A stretch of DNA of 64,000 nucleotides from an uncultured Planctomycetales bacterium. Lineage in GTDB: Bacteria; Omnitrophota; Gorgyraeia; Gygaellales; Profunditerraquicolaceae. The DNA is taken from NCBI GenBank assembly GCA_964545575.1, contig CAZJFL010000005.1, positions 8,617 through 72,616 on the forward strand. Direction: 5' to 3'. Below the pieces are notes generated by a model. The model had not been told where the DNA came from. It made no database searches and saw nothing but the letters and a program-made list of their open reading frames with translations. The position numbers and the translations under genes were made by a program. Below are positions 8,923 to 19,666 of this stretch, piece by piece (the first letter of the stretch is position 1; each line of letters starts with the position of its first letter).

Positions 8923-9856
8923 GGTTGGTATAACCATCGGCGATCCCTCAGGCATAGGCCCTGAGATAACCCTTAAGGCGATAGGTAAATTAAAGGGCAG
9001 GGCGGAGTTTGTTATCATCGGGGATAAATGGGTCATTAATAAGGTTCAGGGTTCAGGGTTCAGGGTTCAGGGTTTTAGGCTGGTAGACTTAAATAATGTA
9101 GCGCATAAAAATTTCTCTTTCGGTAAGATTAAAGCCGAATACGGGAGAGCTTCGGTTGAATATTTAGACAAGGCGCTGGAATTACTCCGGAAAAAAGAAA
9201 TAGATTGCCTGGTTACCTGCCCGATATCTAAGGAAGCAATTAATCTCGCCGGTTTCAAGGGGTTTTCCGGCCATACCGAATACCTGGCAAAATGCCTGGG
9301 GCTAGAAGATTTCGTAATGTTATTATTGAATAAAAAGTTAAAGTTTAGCCTGCTTACCAGGCACGTTCCTTTGAGGGAGGTGCCTTTTAAACTGGACAAA
9401 GAAAAAATAGGCAAGAATATAATTTTGACCATTCGAGCGCTTAAAGACCTGTTTGCCGTCAGGGATCCGCGCATCGTCGTCTGCGGCCTTAACCCGCATG
9501 CCTCGGATAACGGCGTGATCGGAGACGAGGAAAACAGGATGATTAAGCCGGCGCTGGCGAAATTAAGGATAAAGAATGTCTTCGGGCCGTATTCATCCGA
9601 TGTGGCTATCGCCGGGGCCCTGCATAGAAAATACGACTGCGTGATTGCTATCTATCATGATCAGGCGCTTATCCCCCTGAAGCTCTCGGGAAATAATCAG
9701 GGGGTGAATATGACCTTAGGGCTACCTTTTGTCAGGACTTCTCCTTTACACGGCACCGCTTTCGATATCGCCGGAAAAAATATCGCCTCATCCGATTCCT
9801 TGGTAGAAGCGATCAAGCTAGCCACTAGATGCGCCTTAAACCTAAAAAAAGCCTAG
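8879..9856 (+). CDS. pdxA: 4-hydroxythreonine-4-phosphate dehydrogenase PdxA (overlaps surA-like 3' end by 44 nt)
   Basis: GDPSGIGPEI, GHTEY, VCGLNPHA and TLGLPFVRTSPLHGTAFDIAG motifs. Confidence 0.85.
   Translation: MSLRNVPTSKSTRIRVGITIGDPSGIGPEITLKAIGKLKGRAEFVIIGDKWVINKVQGSGFRVQGFRLVDLNNVAHKNFSFGKIKAEYGRASVEYLDKALELLRKKEIDCLVTCPISKEAINLAGFKGFSGHTEYLAKCLGLEDFVMLLLNKKLKFSLLTRHVPLREVPFKLDKEKIGKNIILTIRALKDLFAVRDPRIVVCGLNPHASDNGVIGDEENRMIKPALAKLRIKNVFGPYSSDVAIAGALHRKYDCVIAIYHDQALIPLKLSGNNQGVNMTLGLPFVRTSPLHGTAFDIAGKNIASSDSLVEAIKLATRCALNLKKA
9044..9071 (+). repeat. (GTTCAGG)x4 heptamer array inside pdxA
   Basis: gttcagg gttcagg gttcagg gttcagg gtttt; encodes VQGSGFRVQGF in a variable region. Confidence 0.9.
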
Positions 9857-10614
9857 GCCAGAATTTTCTCACCGATAAAAACATCCAGAGGAAAATAATC
9901 CGCGCCTGCGCGTTTAATTCATCCGACTCCGTACTTGAGATAGGACCGGGAACCGGGGAATTGACCGCGCTGATCGCCGAGCAGGTAAATAGATTATACG
10001 CCGTAGAAATAGACCCGCGGTTATACGCCGGTTTAAAAGAGAGATTTCAGGGTTATTCTAGAGTCAAGATAATCAATGCCGACATCTTAAAAATTAACCC
10101 AAAAATTTACGCTAGAGGCAAATCTGCCAGGATCAAGGTCATTGGCAATATTCCCTACTATATTACTACGCCCATTATCGGGCATCTTTTTAAGTTCAGG
10201 GATAAAATAAAGCATATTTTTTTGACCGTACAGAAAGAGTTTGCCCAGAGGATCACCGCTTCCGCCGGCTCCAAAGATTACGGCTCTTTTAGCTGTTTCG
10301 TGCAGTATTATACAAAAGCCAAACAACTCTTTCTGATCAAGAAGACCAGTTTCTGGCCTGCGCCAAAAGTAGATTCCTGTTTTTTAAGTTTAGAAATAAA
10401 AGAGAAGCCCGATATCATCGTCAAAGATGAGGCGCGCTTTTTTAAAATTATCCGGCAGGCCTTTAACCAGAGGAGGAAGACCTTAAGGAATAGCCTGCGC
10501 GGGCTAATCGCTGCGGAAGAGCTGGAACATTTTTTTAGTAAGTATAGCATTAACAGCAAGATACGCCCCGAAGACCTCAGCTTAAAGGAGTTCGCGGATT
10601 TAAGTAACATCTAA
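9829..10614 (+). CDS. rsmA: 16S rRNA (adenine1518/1519-N6)-dimethyltransferase RsmA/KsgA
   Basis: LGQNFLTD...VLEIGPGTGELT...GNIPYYITTPI motifs. Confidence 0.9.
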   Translation: MRLKPKKSLGQNFLTDKNIQRKIIRACAFNSSDSVLEIGPGTGELTALIAEQVNRLYAVEIDPRLYAGLKERFQGYSRVKIINADILKINPKIYARGKSARIKVIGNIPYYITTPIIGHLFKFRDKIKHIFLTVQKEFAQRITASAGSKDYGSFSCFVQYYTKAKQLFLIKKTSFWPAPKVDSCFLSLEIKEKPDIIVKDEARFFKIIRQAFNQRRKTLRNSLRGLIAAEELEHFFSKYSINSKIRPEDLSLKEFADLSNI

Positions 10615-10627
10615 TCATATTTTTCCC

Positions 10628-10656
10628 TTGACGTTTTGATTTTATGCGCTATAATA
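10628..10656 (+). promoter_or_regulatory. candidate sigma70 promoter (TTGACG-16/17-TATAAT) upstream of the TPR protein
   Basis: cttgacgttttgattttatgcgctataat read directly. Confidence 0.4.
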
Positions 10657-10667
10657 TAAAAAAATAT

Positions 10668-11678
10668 ATGTCCAGCCAATCTCTCAAAAATAATATAAAA
10701 AATCTGGCGTTGGTATTACTTTTCGTAAGTTTTTCTTCTTTCCTCTTTGCCCAGGAACAGGTTCCCAATAATCAGGCGGCAAACCGCGGTTATATTGCCG
10801 CCAGCGACCTGCGGGAGGTAAAAAAGGGCACGGTCATATTTGAGGAAAAAGCCCCTAAACAGGCACCGATAGAGAGCGAGCAGGGCCTGACTGCGCTACA
10901 GAAACAGGCCAGGCTTTACCGCGCTCAAGGCTACGAGGCCCAGTCCACGGGTAATCTGGATATCGCCTTAAGTTTTTATCAGAAAGCAGTACAATTAGAC
11001 CCCGGCTATGCGGTGGTCTATAATGATTTGGGCGTCGTCTATGAAGACGCCGGCTTAACTGACCGCGCCGAAGGAAATTACCTGAAGGCAATTAAACTTG
11101 ACCCCGGATATTTAAGCGCGTATTCGAATCTCGCATTATTATACGAAAACAAGCGCGAGCTGGATAAGGCGGTTTTTTACTGGAAGAAAAGGGTGGAGTT
11201 AAGCGATAGCGATGACCTTTGGACAGCGCGGGCAAAGAAAAGGTTAAATGACCTGGCGCAAGTAGTGCCCAGCTATAAACAGGCATTAGCAGAGGCAGAG
11301 ACGATTAATCTGATCAGACAGGTAGCGCAGAATAAGCAGGCGAAGCAAGAGGTGTCTTTTAAGCAAGCAGCGCAGTACCTGGCCTCGGCTAAGAATCTTT
11401 ACAATAGAGGCCAATATGAGCAGGCGATGGAAGAAATCAACAAGGCCTTAGCAGCAGACCCTCAGGATAAACAAAAGCTTTGGCTGAAAGAAAAGATAGC
11501 CTCGATATTGAAAGAGCGCTACGATAAAGCCCAGGCGAAAGAGAGGCAGGAGAGCGTTAGGAAGATGAGGGCTTCTTTTGATCAAGGGGTGAAATATTAC
11601 CAACAGGGCAATCCGGAGGCAGCAGAGCTAGAATTCAATAAGATTATTGAACTCACCGCAGCACATCAAAAAAATTAA
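10668..11678 (+). CDS. secreted TPR-repeat protein (alternative start at 10644)
   Basis: Signal peptide ...LFVSFSSFLFAQEQ; multiple TPR units (LDIALSFYQKAVQLDPGYAVVYNDLGVVY...). Confidence 0.7.
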   Translation: MSSQSLKNNIKNLALVLLFVSFSSFLFAQEQVPNNQAANRGYIAASDLREVKKGTVIFEEKAPKQAPIESEQGLTALQKQARLYRAQGYEAQSTGNLDIALSFYQKAVQLDPGYAVVYNDLGVVYEDAGLTDRAEGNYLKAIKLDPGYLSAYSNLALLYENKRELDKAVFYWKKRVELSDSDDLWTARAKKRLNDLAQVVPSYKQALAEAETINLIRQVAQNKQAKQEVSFKQAAQYLASAKNLYNRGQYEQAMEEINKALAADPQDKQKLWLKEKIASILKERYDKAQAKERQESVRKMRASFDQGVKYYQQGNPEAAELEFNKIIELTAAHQKN

Positions 11679-11704
11679 TTTTCCACCTACTCTCTAATCC
11701 TGTA

Positions 11705-14242
11705 ATGAATAATCAGCGGATATTCTTAATAGATGCTACCGCATTCTGCTACCGCGCATTTTACGCCGTAACCGGCCTGGCTACATCTTTCGGGCAGCCC
11801 ACCAACGCCATCTACGGCTTTGTGAACATGCTGCTTAAGGTTATAAAGGAGAAAAGGCCAGAGTTTCTCGGCGTCTGCTTCGATGTTTCGCGGGATACGT
11901 TCCGGCAGAAAAAATTCGCTGATTATAAAAAACAGCGCCCGGCAATGCCGGATGAATTATCCGGCCAGATACCCTTGATTAAGGAAATAGTTTCGGCCTA
12001 CGGTATCCCGATATTTGAAAAAGAGGGCTTTGAAGCCGACGATGTAATCGCCAGCCTTAATAAACAAGCTAAGGAAAAAGGTTTTTCCGTCACCATTATT
12101 AGCTCGGATAAAGATATGTTGCAACTGGTGGATGAGGCCACAGAGGTATTTAGCCCCTATAAAGATGAAGGCATAACCTATGATTATAAAAGAGTGCTGG
12201 AGCGTTTTGGCGTGGAGCCGGCAAAGATACCGGATATTATCGCCCTGATGGGAGACGCTGCGGATAATATACCCAACGTCCCCGGTATAGGGGAAAAGAC
12301 GGCGCTAGATTTGATCAAGAGTTTTGGTTCGCTGGAGAAATTATTGGATAATATCGGCGAGCTAAAACAACAAAAGTTAAAGACTGCTATTCAGGATAAT
12401 ATAGCAAGCATTAAGCTGAGTAAAGAATTAGCAATGCTGGATAGCAATATGGAGTTAGGTTTTACTTTGGAAGGTTTAAAAATCAAAGAGCCAGACTACA
12501 AGGAAGTCCAGCGGCTCTTTAAATACCTGGAGTTTAAAAAGTTTTTGAAAGACTTGGCCTTAGCAAGCCCGGTTGCCCCAGAGATAAAAGCAGAGACTAT
12601 AGAAGATGCGCAGTTAGAGGGCATATTTGGCGCGGATGAGGAAATGGTTTTTTATCGCGGTGACGAGGGCGGTATTATATTTTCTGCCCAGGATAGGCCA
12701 TTACGTTTAGAAAGCTTCGGCAGCAATATCGCAAAGATTTTATCTAGCCCTAAGATAAAAAAGATCAGTCACGGCTTAAAAAAAATAAAGACATCCTTGG
12801 TACAAGTTAACATTATCTTGGAAGGAATATATTTCGATACGATGGTTGCTGCTTATTTGCTCAATCCCGCCAGAGGAGAATACAGCCTCGGCGATATCAG
12901 CACGGATTATCTTGATGCGCCGCCAGGCGATCCGGGAGTCGGATCGTCCGCAGCGCTGGATTTGATTTTAAAATTAAGGCCGAAGTTGGAAGAGGAATTG
13001 CGCCAGAAACAATTATGGGAACTTTTTAATACCCTGGAGATGCCGCTGGTAGAGGTATTGACGGATATGGAGTTAGCCGGGATCAAATTAGATTTAAAGG
13101 TCCTGGAGGAGTTATCGCAGGATCTGGAAAAAAGGCTGATCCGGCTGATCGAGGAGATCTATGCGGCAAGCGATGCCCAATTCAATATCAACTCCCCGAA
13201 ACAACTCAGAGAAATTTTATTCGAGAAACTTAAGTTGCCGGTGGTAAAAAGGAGCAAGACTGGCCCGTCTACCGACGAAGAAGTTTTAAGAAAATTAGCG
13301 GATAAACATAAACTACCGGCTTTGTTGCTGGAGTACCGGCAATTAGCCAAGCTTAAATCTACTTACATCGATGCGCTGCCCGAGCTGGTAAATCCTAAAA
13401 CCGGGCGGGTGCATAGCTCGTTTAATCAGACCGGCACTGAAACCGGGAGGCTCAGTTCCAGCAAGCCGAACCTCCAGAATATCCCGATTAAAACGGACAT
13501 CGGCCGCAATATCCGGCGGGCAATCATCGCTTCGGCTCCAGATAATTATCTTTTAGCCTGCGATTATTCACAGATAGAATTAAGAGTCCTGGCGCATCTT
13601 TCAAAAGACGGTAATCTGATCGAGGCCTTTAGGGAGAATAAAGACATCCATCGCATTACTGCTTCCCTGATTTACGGCTTAGCCGAAGAGCAGGTTGATG
13701 ATGCCATGCGCGATGTGGCTAAAAGGGTCAATTTCGGGATCGTCTACGGCCTGAGTTCCTACGGCTTGGCGCGGGACCTGAATATCCCGCAGGGCGAGGC
13801 CCAGATTTTTATCGACCATTATTTCTTAAGATACCCCAAAGTAAAAGATTATATAGAGGAGCAAATTGAAAAGGCCCGTAAAGACGGCTTTGTGACTACG
13901 CTTCTGGGGAGAAGAAGGTATATTCCGGAAGTGAATAATAAAAATCAGGGCTTAAGGCAGTTTGCCGAGCGCCAGGCAGTGAATGCCCCGATCCAGGGTT
14001 CTGCCAGCGACCTGATAAAATTAGCCATGGTTGATATACACCGGGAAATAAAACAAAAACCCTGGAAATCCCGGATGATTTTACAGATTCACGACGAATT
14101 ATTGTTTGATCTGCCGCTTCCGGAATTAAGCGGTTTTGCCGCTTTGGTAAGAAATAGGATGGAGAACGTGCTTAAACTCGATGTGCCGGTAAAGGTAGAT
14201 ATTAAAAAAGGAAGAAATTGGCTAGAGATGGAGCCTGTGTGA
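11705..14242 (+). CDS. polA: DNA polymerase I (845 aa; 5'-3' nuclease, vestigial 3'-5' exonuclease region, polymerase)
   Basis: FLIDATAFCYRAFYA N-terminus; polymerase motifs DYSQIELR, RRxAKxxNFGxxYG, QIHDELLF. Confidence 0.9.
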   Translation: MNNQRIFLIDATAFCYRAFYAVTGLATSFGQPTNAIYGFVNMLLKVIKEKRPEFLGVCFDVSRDTFRQKKFADYKKQRPAMPDELSGQIPLIKEIVSAYGIPIFEKEGFEADDVIASLNKQAKEKGFSVTIISSDKDMLQLVDEATEVFSPYKDEGITYDYKRVLERFGVEPAKIPDIIALMGDAADNIPNVPGIGEKTALDLIKSFGSLEKLLDNIGELKQQKLKTAIQDNIASIKLSKELAMLDSNMELGFTLEGLKIKEPDYKEVQRLFKYLEFKKFLKDLALASPVAPEIKAETIEDAQLEGIFGADEEMVFYRGDEGGIIFSAQDRPLRLESFGSNIAKILSSPKIKKISHGLKKIKTSLVQVNIILEGIYFDTMVAAYLLNPARGEYSLGDISTDYLDAPPGDPGVGSSAALDLILKLRPKLEEELRQKQLWELFNTLEMPLVEVLTDMELAGIKLDLKVLEELSQDLEKRLIRLIEEIYAASDAQFNINSPKQLREILFEKLKLPVVKRSKTGPSTDEEVLRKLADKHKLPALLLEYRQLAKLKSTYIDALPELVNPKTGRVHSSFNQTGTETGRLSSSKPNLQNIPIKTDIGRNIRRAIIASAPDNYLLACDYSQIELRVLAHLSKDGNLIEAFRENKDIHRITASLIYGLAEEQVDDAMRDVAKRVNFGIVYGLSSYGLARDLNIPQGEAQIFIDHYFLRYPKVKDYIEEQIEKARKDGFVTTLLGRRRYIPEVNNKNQGLRQFAERQAVNAPIQGSASDLIKLAMVDIHREIKQKPWKSRMILQIHDELLFDLPLPELSGFAALVRNRMENVLKLDVPVKVDIKKGRNWLEMEPV

Positions 14243-14246
14243 TTTG

Positions 14247-14290
14247 CCCCTCACCCAGAAAGCCATAGTAAGGTAGCGCTGGGTGAGGGG
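14247..14290 (+). terminator. hairpin CCCCTCACCCAG-N20-CTGGGTGAGGGG after polA
   Basis: 12-bp inverted repeat read directly; no clear U tract (rho is encoded in this window). Confidence 0.45.
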
Positions 14291-14300
14291 TTAATTCGCA

Positions 14301-14352
14301 CACATAACTTATGTCGCGCTTCGCGCTCCATAAGTTATGTGCTCATTAAATG
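14301..14352 (+). promoter_or_regulatory. 13-bp inverted repeat CACATAACTTATG-N15-CATAAGTTATGTG followed by CTCATTAAA, just upstream of the glgA RBS; shares the core AACTTAYG/CRTAAGTT + TGCTCATTAAA with the uxs upstream motif
   Basis: Read directly; near-identical arrangement at 52665-52707. Confidence 0.5.
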
Positions 14353-14363
14353 GAGGAGGTAAA

Positions 14364-15752
14364 ATGAAAATCGTAATTTCTGCTTCTGAGGTGGTGCCTT
14401 TTGCAAAGACGGGTGGGTTGGCGGATGTCGCCGGAGCTTTACCCTTAGCGTTAGAACGGGAGGGCGCGGAAGTGATTATCACCCTGCCGCGTTATAAAGC
14501 AATTAAAGATTCCAGTTTCCAGATCCAGAGGCTAAAAGAGGATATCTCTTATTCGGTTATCGGTAAAAATATCAAGGTTTATTTTATAGAGAACGATAAA
14601 TACTTTAACCGCGACGGGCTTTACGGAGACAAGAACGGGGATTATCCGGATAACCTGGAGAGGTTCTCTTATTATTGCAAGCGTACGCTCACCCTGCTTA
14701 AAGAAATCAATTTTAAGCCTGAGATCATTCATCTGCACGACTGGCAGGCTTCTTTGATTCCGGTGTACCTGAAAAATATCTATCTGCTGGATGCTTTTTA
14801 TAAGCGCATCAAGACGGTCTTGACCATCCACAACATCGGCTATCAGGGGCTTTTTCCCAAAGAGGAGTTTCCGAAGCTCGGGTTGGACTGGAGCCTCTTT
14901 CAGATCGAAGGGTTAGAATTTTACGACAAAATAAATATCTTAAAAGGCGGGATGGAGTTTTCGGACATCATCAATACGGTGAGTGAAACTTACAGTAAAG
15001 AGATCCAGACTAAAGAGTTTGGCTTCGGGCTGGAGGGGGTCTTAAATAAGCGCCGGGATAGCGTCTTCGGGATCTTAAACGGCCTGGACTATTCTATCTG
15101 GAACCCCGAGAGCGATAAGTTCATTGCCAAAAATTATTCCCTTAAAACCATAAAGGACAAATATAAAAATAAAGAAAACCTGCAGAGGGTCTGCAAGCTT
15201 CCGGTGAGGCAGGATGTCCCGCTTTTCGGCATCGTCTCCCGCTTAGCCGAACAGAAAGGGTTTGATATCCTAGCGGAAGCAGTGGATACTATCTGCAGGA
15301 TGAAGATTCAACTGGTCATTTTAGGGACGGGAGATTTAAAGTATCACCTGATCATGGAGGATATGGTTAAAAAATATCCCGAGGTTATCTCGCTCTCTTT
15401 AAAGTTCGACGATGCCCTGGCACATAAAATATACGCCGGTTCCGATATTTTCCTGATGCCTTCCAAATACGAACCCTGCGGCCTGGGCCAGCTGATCAGC
15501 TTAAGGTACGGGACGATACCGCTGGTATTTAAGACCGGAGGCCTGGCAGATACGGTTAACGGCGACAACGGGTTTATCTTTGACCGTTACAGCAAAGACG
15601 ATTTAATCAAAACCGTGGAGAAGGCAGTGGCCGCGTTTAAGAATAAGAAAAAGCTGGATAGCCTGATAAATAAAGCCATGAAATGCAATTTCTCCTGGGA
15701 CGCCTCTGCTAAGAAATATATCCGTCTCTATGAATTGGCAAAATCGCGCTAG
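14364..15752 (+). CDS. glgA: glycogen synthase GlgA (ADP-glucose type; ORF track start 14337, ATG after AGGAGG at 14364 preferred)
   Basis: MKIVISASEVVPFAKTGGLADV N-terminus (KTGGL motif); GT-B/GT5 C-terminal motifs. Confidence 0.85.
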   Translation: MKIVISASEVVPFAKTGGLADVAGALPLALEREGAEVIITLPRYKAIKDSSFQIQRLKEDISYSVIGKNIKVYFIENDKYFNRDGLYGDKNGDYPDNLERFSYYCKRTLTLLKEINFKPEIIHLHDWQASLIPVYLKNIYLLDAFYKRIKTVLTIHNIGYQGLFPKEEFPKLGLDWSLFQIEGLEFYDKINILKGGMEFSDIINTVSETYSKEIQTKEFGFGLEGVLNKRRDSVFGILNGLDYSIWNPESDKFIAKNYSLKTIKDKYKNKENLQRVCKLPVRQDVPLFGIVSRLAEQKGFDILAEAVDTICRMKIQLVILGTGDLKYHLIMEDMVKKYPEVISLSLKFDDALAHKIYAGSDIFLMPSKYEPCGLGQLISLRYGTIPLVFKTGGLADTVNGDNGFIFDRYSKDDLIKTVEKAVAAFKNKKKLDSLINKAMKCNFSWDASAKKYIRLYELAKSR

Positions 15753-16344
15753 GAAAAAAATCATCTTAGGGGTAACCGGAAGCTTTGGCAGCGGTAAGAG
15801 TACGGTAGCCGGGATTTTTAAGTCTTACGGCGCCCTAGTCATCGATGCGGATAAGATCGCCCGCCGGGTCAGCCTACCGGGCGGGGGGGCGTATAAAAAT
15901 ATCGTGCGTACATTCGGAGAGGGAATCCTACGGAAAAATAAACGCATAGACCGCAGTAAATTAGCCGGAATAGTATTTAACAATAGAGCCTTACTGCGTA
16001 AGTTAAACGAGGCTGTGCATCCCGAGGTTATCCGGAATATAAAAAAAGAAATAAAGAAGTCCGGGGGAAAGATAGTTGTTTTGGATGCGCCCCTGCTGAT
16101 CGAGGCAGGATTAAAGGGTTTAGCAGATAAATTGATCGTGGTAAAGATAGACCGGCAGAAGCAGATATCCAGGCTTTTTAAGAAAATGCGCATTACTAAA
16201 AGGGCAATACGGGAAAGGATAAAGGCACAGCTGCCCTTGGAGAATAAGGTCCGCCTTGCGGATTTTGTAATAGATAATAACGGCTCGCTAGAGGAGACTA
16301 GGATTCAGGTAAAACAAATAAGGAGGTTGTTGTGGAGAAATTAG
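15730..16344 (+). CDS. coaE: dephospho-CoA kinase
   Basis: [18 protein letters not shown]-loop; about 200 aa CoaE architecture. Confidence 0.8.
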   Translation: MNWQNRARKKIILGVTGSFGSGKSTVAGIFKSYGALVIDADKIARRVSLPGGGAYKNIVRTFGEGILRKNKRIDRSKLAGIVFNNRALLRKLNEAVHPEVIRNIKKEIKKSGGKIVVLDAPLLIEAGLKGLADKLIVVKIDRQKQISRLFKKMRITKRAIRERIKAQLPLENKVRLADFVIDNNGSLEETRIQVKQIRRLLWRN

Positions 16345-17588
16345 ATATCGGAAACTTAAAGGAAATGAAAATCACCGAATTAAATAAAGTAGCCAAGGAG
16401 CTTGCCGTCAACGGGATCAGCGGCATAAAAAAACAGGACCTGATCTTTAAGATTCTGCAGGCTCAGGCGGAGAAAGAGGGCCTGATGTTCGGAGAAGGGA
16501 TTTTAGAGATACTCCCCGAAGGCTTCGGGTTCCTGCGTTCGCCCAATTACAATTACCTGCCCTGCCCGGATGACATTTATATTTCTCCTTCGCAGATCAG
16601 GAAGTTCGATTTAAAGACCGGGGATACCGTCAGCGGCCAGATCCGCCCGCCTAAAGAGGGGGAAAAATATTTTGCCTTGCTTAAGGTGGAGGCGGTAAAT
16701 TTTGAGAATCCCGAAGAGGCCAAGGATAAAATACTCTTTGATAACCTCACCCCGGTATACCCCCGCGAGCATTTTATCCTGGAGACTAGGCCCGATGAAA
16801 TATCCATGCGCATCATGGATCTGCTCACCCCCATCGGCAAAGGCCAGCGCGGCCTGATTGTCGCCCAGCCTTATAGCGGGAAGACCGTATTGTTACAGAA
16901 GATCGCCAATGCCATCACCAGCAACCAGCCGGACGTGATCTTGATTGTGCTTTTGATAGACGAGCGCCCTGAGGAAGTCACGGATATGCAGAGGAATGTC
17001 AGAGGCGAAGTCATCTCTTCCACCTTTGACGAGCCTCCGGAAAGGCACGTGCAGGTGACTGAGATCGTCCTGGAAAAGGCAAAAAGGCTGGTAGAACACA
17101 AGAAAGACGTAGTTATCCTTCTGGATAGCCTGACCCGCTTAGCGCGCGCCTATAATGCGGTGGTGCCGCATAGCGGTAAAGTTTTATCCGGCGGTATAGA
17201 CTCTAATGCCCTGCAGAAGCCCAAGAGATTTTTCGGGGCAGCGCGCGCCATAGAAGAAGGGGGGAGCCTGACGATCATCGCTACTTCTTTGGTTGATACC
17301 GGAAGCCGCATGGATGAAGTTATCTTTGAAGAGTTTAAAGGCACCGGTAACATGGAGTTGCAGCTGGACAGGAACTTATTCCAGCGCAGGATTTACCCTG
17401 CTATCGATATCAAGCGTTCTAACACCCGGCACGAAGAGTTGCTTTTAAAGCCGGAGATACTGCAGAAGGCCTGGATCCTAAGGAAGGTATTGAACGAACT
17501 GAATAACGTCGAGGCGATGGAGCTTTTGATCGAAAAGCTGGCCAAAACCAAAAACAACGAAGAGTTTTTAAACAGTATGAACCAGTAA
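16332..17588 (+). CDS. rho: transcription termination factor Rho
   Basis: N-terminal RNA-binding domain, Walker A (GKT), Q and R loops; 418 aa. Confidence 0.9.
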   Translation: MEKLDIGNLKEMKITELNKVAKELAVNGISGIKKQDLIFKILQAQAEKEGLMFGEGILEILPEGFGFLRSPNYNYLPCPDDIYISPSQIRKFDLKTGDTVSGQIRPPKEGEKYFALLKVEAVNFENPEEAKDKILFDNLTPVYPREHFILETRPDEISMRIMDLLTPIGKGQRGLIVAQPYSGKTVLLQKIANAITSNQPDVILIVLLIDERPEEVTDMQRNVRGEVISSTFDEPPERHVQVTEIVLEKAKRLVEHKKDVVILLDSLTRLARAYNAVVPHSGKVLSGGIDSNALQKPKRFFGAARAIEEGGSLTIIATSLVDTGSRMDEVIFEEFKGTGNMELQLDRNLFQRRIYPAIDIKRSNTRHEELLLKPEILQKAWILRKVLNELNNVEAMELLIEKLAKTKNNEEFLNSMNQ

Positions 17589-17599
17589 AGGAGATAAAA

Positions 17600-17812
17600 A
17601 TGAAAGACAAGATTCATCCTAAGTATCAGGACTGCGTCATTGTCTGTGCCTGCGGCAACACCATACACACGCGTTCCACCAAACCTAACATCAGGGTGGA
17701 AGTCTGTTCGCGCTGCCATCCATTTTTTACCGGTAAACAGAAGTTCGTAGATTCCGCCGGGAGAGTGGATAAGTTTATGAAAAAATACGCCAAGAAGGAA
17801 GCGCAAGAATAA
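17600..17812 (+). CDS. rpmE: 50S ribosomal protein L31 (Cys-containing type A)
   Basis: MKDKIHPKY...VCACGNT...[10 protein letters not shown]. Confidence 0.9.
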   Translation: MKDKIHPKYQDCVIVCACGNTIHTRSTKPNIRVEVCSRCHPFFTGKQKFVDSAGRVDKFMKKYAKKEAQE

Positions 17813-18870
17813 TGTTAGAGCAGTTAGAAAAGTTAGAAGCCCGTTATCAGGAACTGGAAAAGATACTTGCCTCTTATGAGGCTATTTCCGACAAAGAGCA
17901 GTACAATAAATACGCCAAAGAATTATCTCTTTTGAGGGAACCGGTATCTCTCTGGCGGGAATACAAGAAGGTCTCTCTAGAATTAGAGGGCCTGGAGGCG
18001 GTGCTTAAAGAAAAAAACGAAAAGGAATTATCGGAGTTGGCCCGGGAAGAACTGCCGAAACTGGAAAATAAAAGGCGCCAGATCCAAGAGAAACTTAAAA
18101 GTATCCTCAAAGGCGAAGATAAGGACGCCGGATGCGACGTAATCGTAGAAATACGGCCGGGCACCGGAGGAGATGAAGCAGGTTTATTTGCCGCCGACCT
18201 TTACCGCATGTATACCAAGTATGCGGCAAATAAAGGATGGGCCCAAGAGCCCCTGTCGGCCAATACCACCGAGGTGGGCGGTTTTAAAGAAATGCTCTTC
18301 AGTTTAAAGGGCAGGGATGTTTATAGGAGACTTAAGTTCGAAAGCGGGGTGCACCGCGTGCAGCGCGTGCCTACTACGGAAGCGCAGGGCAGGATACATA
18401 CCTCTACGGCGACGGTGGTAGTGCTGGTAGAGCCTGAAGAAGTGGAGATGGTGATTGAGCCCAAAGACTTGAGGATAGATACCTATCGCTCTTCCGGCCC
18501 CGGAGGCCAGCATATGCAAAAAACCGATTCGGCAGTGAGGATTACGCATATACCTACGGGGGTAGTGGTAGCCTGTCAGGATGAGCGCTCGCAATTAAAA
18601 AATAAAAATAAAGCGATGCGGATTTTAGGCGCCCGGATGCTGGATATGAAAAGGCAGGAGGAGTCCCGGAAGATCTCCGCAGCGCGCAAGTCCCAGATAG
18701 GCACCGGAGACCGCAGCGAAAAAATACGCACTTATAATTTTCCCGACCGGCGCGTAACCGACCATCGCATCAACTTTACCTCGCACCGGCTGGAAGCGAT
18801 ACTGGAGGGCGACTTAGACGAGCTTTCCGATGCCCTGATAAAGGCGTCCGAAGAGAAATCAAATGAATGA
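17812..18870 (+). CDS. prfA: peptide chain release factor 1
   Basis: PxT-type recognition region, GGQ motif ([24 protein letters not shown]). Confidence 0.9.
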   Translation: MLEQLEKLEARYQELEKILASYEAISDKEQYNKYAKELSLLREPVSLWREYKKVSLELEGLEAVLKEKNEKELSELAREELPKLENKRRQIQEKLKSILKGEDKDAGCDVIVEIRPGTGGDEAGLFAADLYRMYTKYAANKGWAQEPLSANTTEVGGFKEMLFSLKGRDVYRRLKFESGVHRVQRVPTTEAQGRIHTSTATVVVLVEPEEVEMVIEPKDLRIDTYRSSGPGGQHMQKTDSAVRITHIPTGVVVACQDERSQLKNKNKAMRILGARMLDMKRQEESRKISAARKSQIGTGDRSEKIRTYNFPDRRVTDHRINFTSHRLEAILEGDLDELSDALIKASEEKSNE

Positions 18871-19666
18871 GGCAGAGTTACTCTTTAGCGAGACATTAAA
18901 TTGCAGCCGCACGGATTTATACCTGAATAAGGCCTTGAGGCTAAATAGCGCCCAGGTTTCATTTATAGCCGGCGCCTTAAAAAGAAGATTATCCGGAGAG
19001 CCCCTAGAGTATATCTTAGGCAAGACCGAGTTTATGGGTTTAGAGTTTAAACTGGATGAAAATGTTTTTATCCCCCGGCCGGAGACGGAGCTTCTTGTAG
19101 AGAAGGTATTGGCATTGTTAGAGAACAGAGAACAGAGAACAGAGAACAGAGATATTTTGGAGTTGGGGACGGGTTCAGGATGTATTGCTGTATCTGTGGC
19201 AAAATATCTGGATAATGTCCGCATCACCGCAACGGATATTTCGGAAAAAGCCCTGCAGGTTGCTAGGATAAATGCCAGGATTAATCGCGTAGAAGATAAA
19301 ATCGTATTCTTAAGAAGTAATTTATTTGAGGCGATAAGCGATAAGCGCTATGCGCTATGCGTATGCAATCCTCCCTATATACCCAGCGCAGAAATTGATA
19401 ATTTGCAGCCTGAAGTAAGGCATGAACCGCGCCTCGCCCTGGACGGCGGAGAAGACGGTTTGGATTTTTATCGCCGGATGATTAAAGAGGCCGGGCAGTA
19501 CCTGGAAAAAGACAGTTATCTGATTATGGAGATGGGGTTCGGCCAGAAGGATGCCATAAAAGATATAGTTGGCGCATCAGGGATCTTTAAGACAAATAAG
19601 ATCATTAAAGATTATAGCGGTATAGACAGAATCATATTAGTCAGCAGAGAGGAAAGAGATGGATAA
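18863..19666 (+). CDS. prmC: release factor glutamine N5-methyltransferase PrmC/HemK
   Basis: [14 protein letters not shown] motif and NPPY catalytic motif; downstream of prfA. Confidence 0.85.
   Translation: MNEAELLFSETLNCSRTDLYLNKALRLNSAQVSFIAGALKRRLSGEPLEYILGKTEFMGLEFKLDENVFIPRPETELLVEKVLALLENREQRTENRDILELGTGSGCIAVSVAKYLDNVRITATDISEKALQVARINARINRVEDKIVFLRSNLFEAISDKRYALCVCNPPYIPSAEIDNLQPEVRHEPRLALDGGEDGLDFYRRMIKEAGQYLEKDSYLIMEMGFGQKDAIKDIVGASGIFKTNKIIKDYSGIDRIILVSREERDG
19121..19148 (+). repeat. (GAGAACA)x4 heptamer array inside prmC, an insertion of about 5 aa ([10 protein letters not shown]) relative to HemK homologs
   Basis: gagaaca gagaaca gagaaca gagaaca gaga read directly. Confidence 0.9.
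19331..19365 (+). repeat. 7-nt periodic block GCGATAAx2-GCGCTATx2-GCGTATG inside prmC just before the NPPY codons
   Basis: gcgataa gcgataa gcgctat gcgctat gcgtatg read directly. Confidence 0.8.

Noticed and set aside
10644-10667. Upstream ATG at 10644 as start of the TPR protein
   Set aside because: It lies inside the predicted -10/-35 promoter. The ATG at 10668 yields a clean signal peptide. Kept as an alternative only.
17812-17850. 9-nt periodicity TTAGARNAG x3 at the prfA start
   Set aside because: Simply encodes the coiled-coil LEQLEKLEA. No nucleotide-level identity beyond codon choice.
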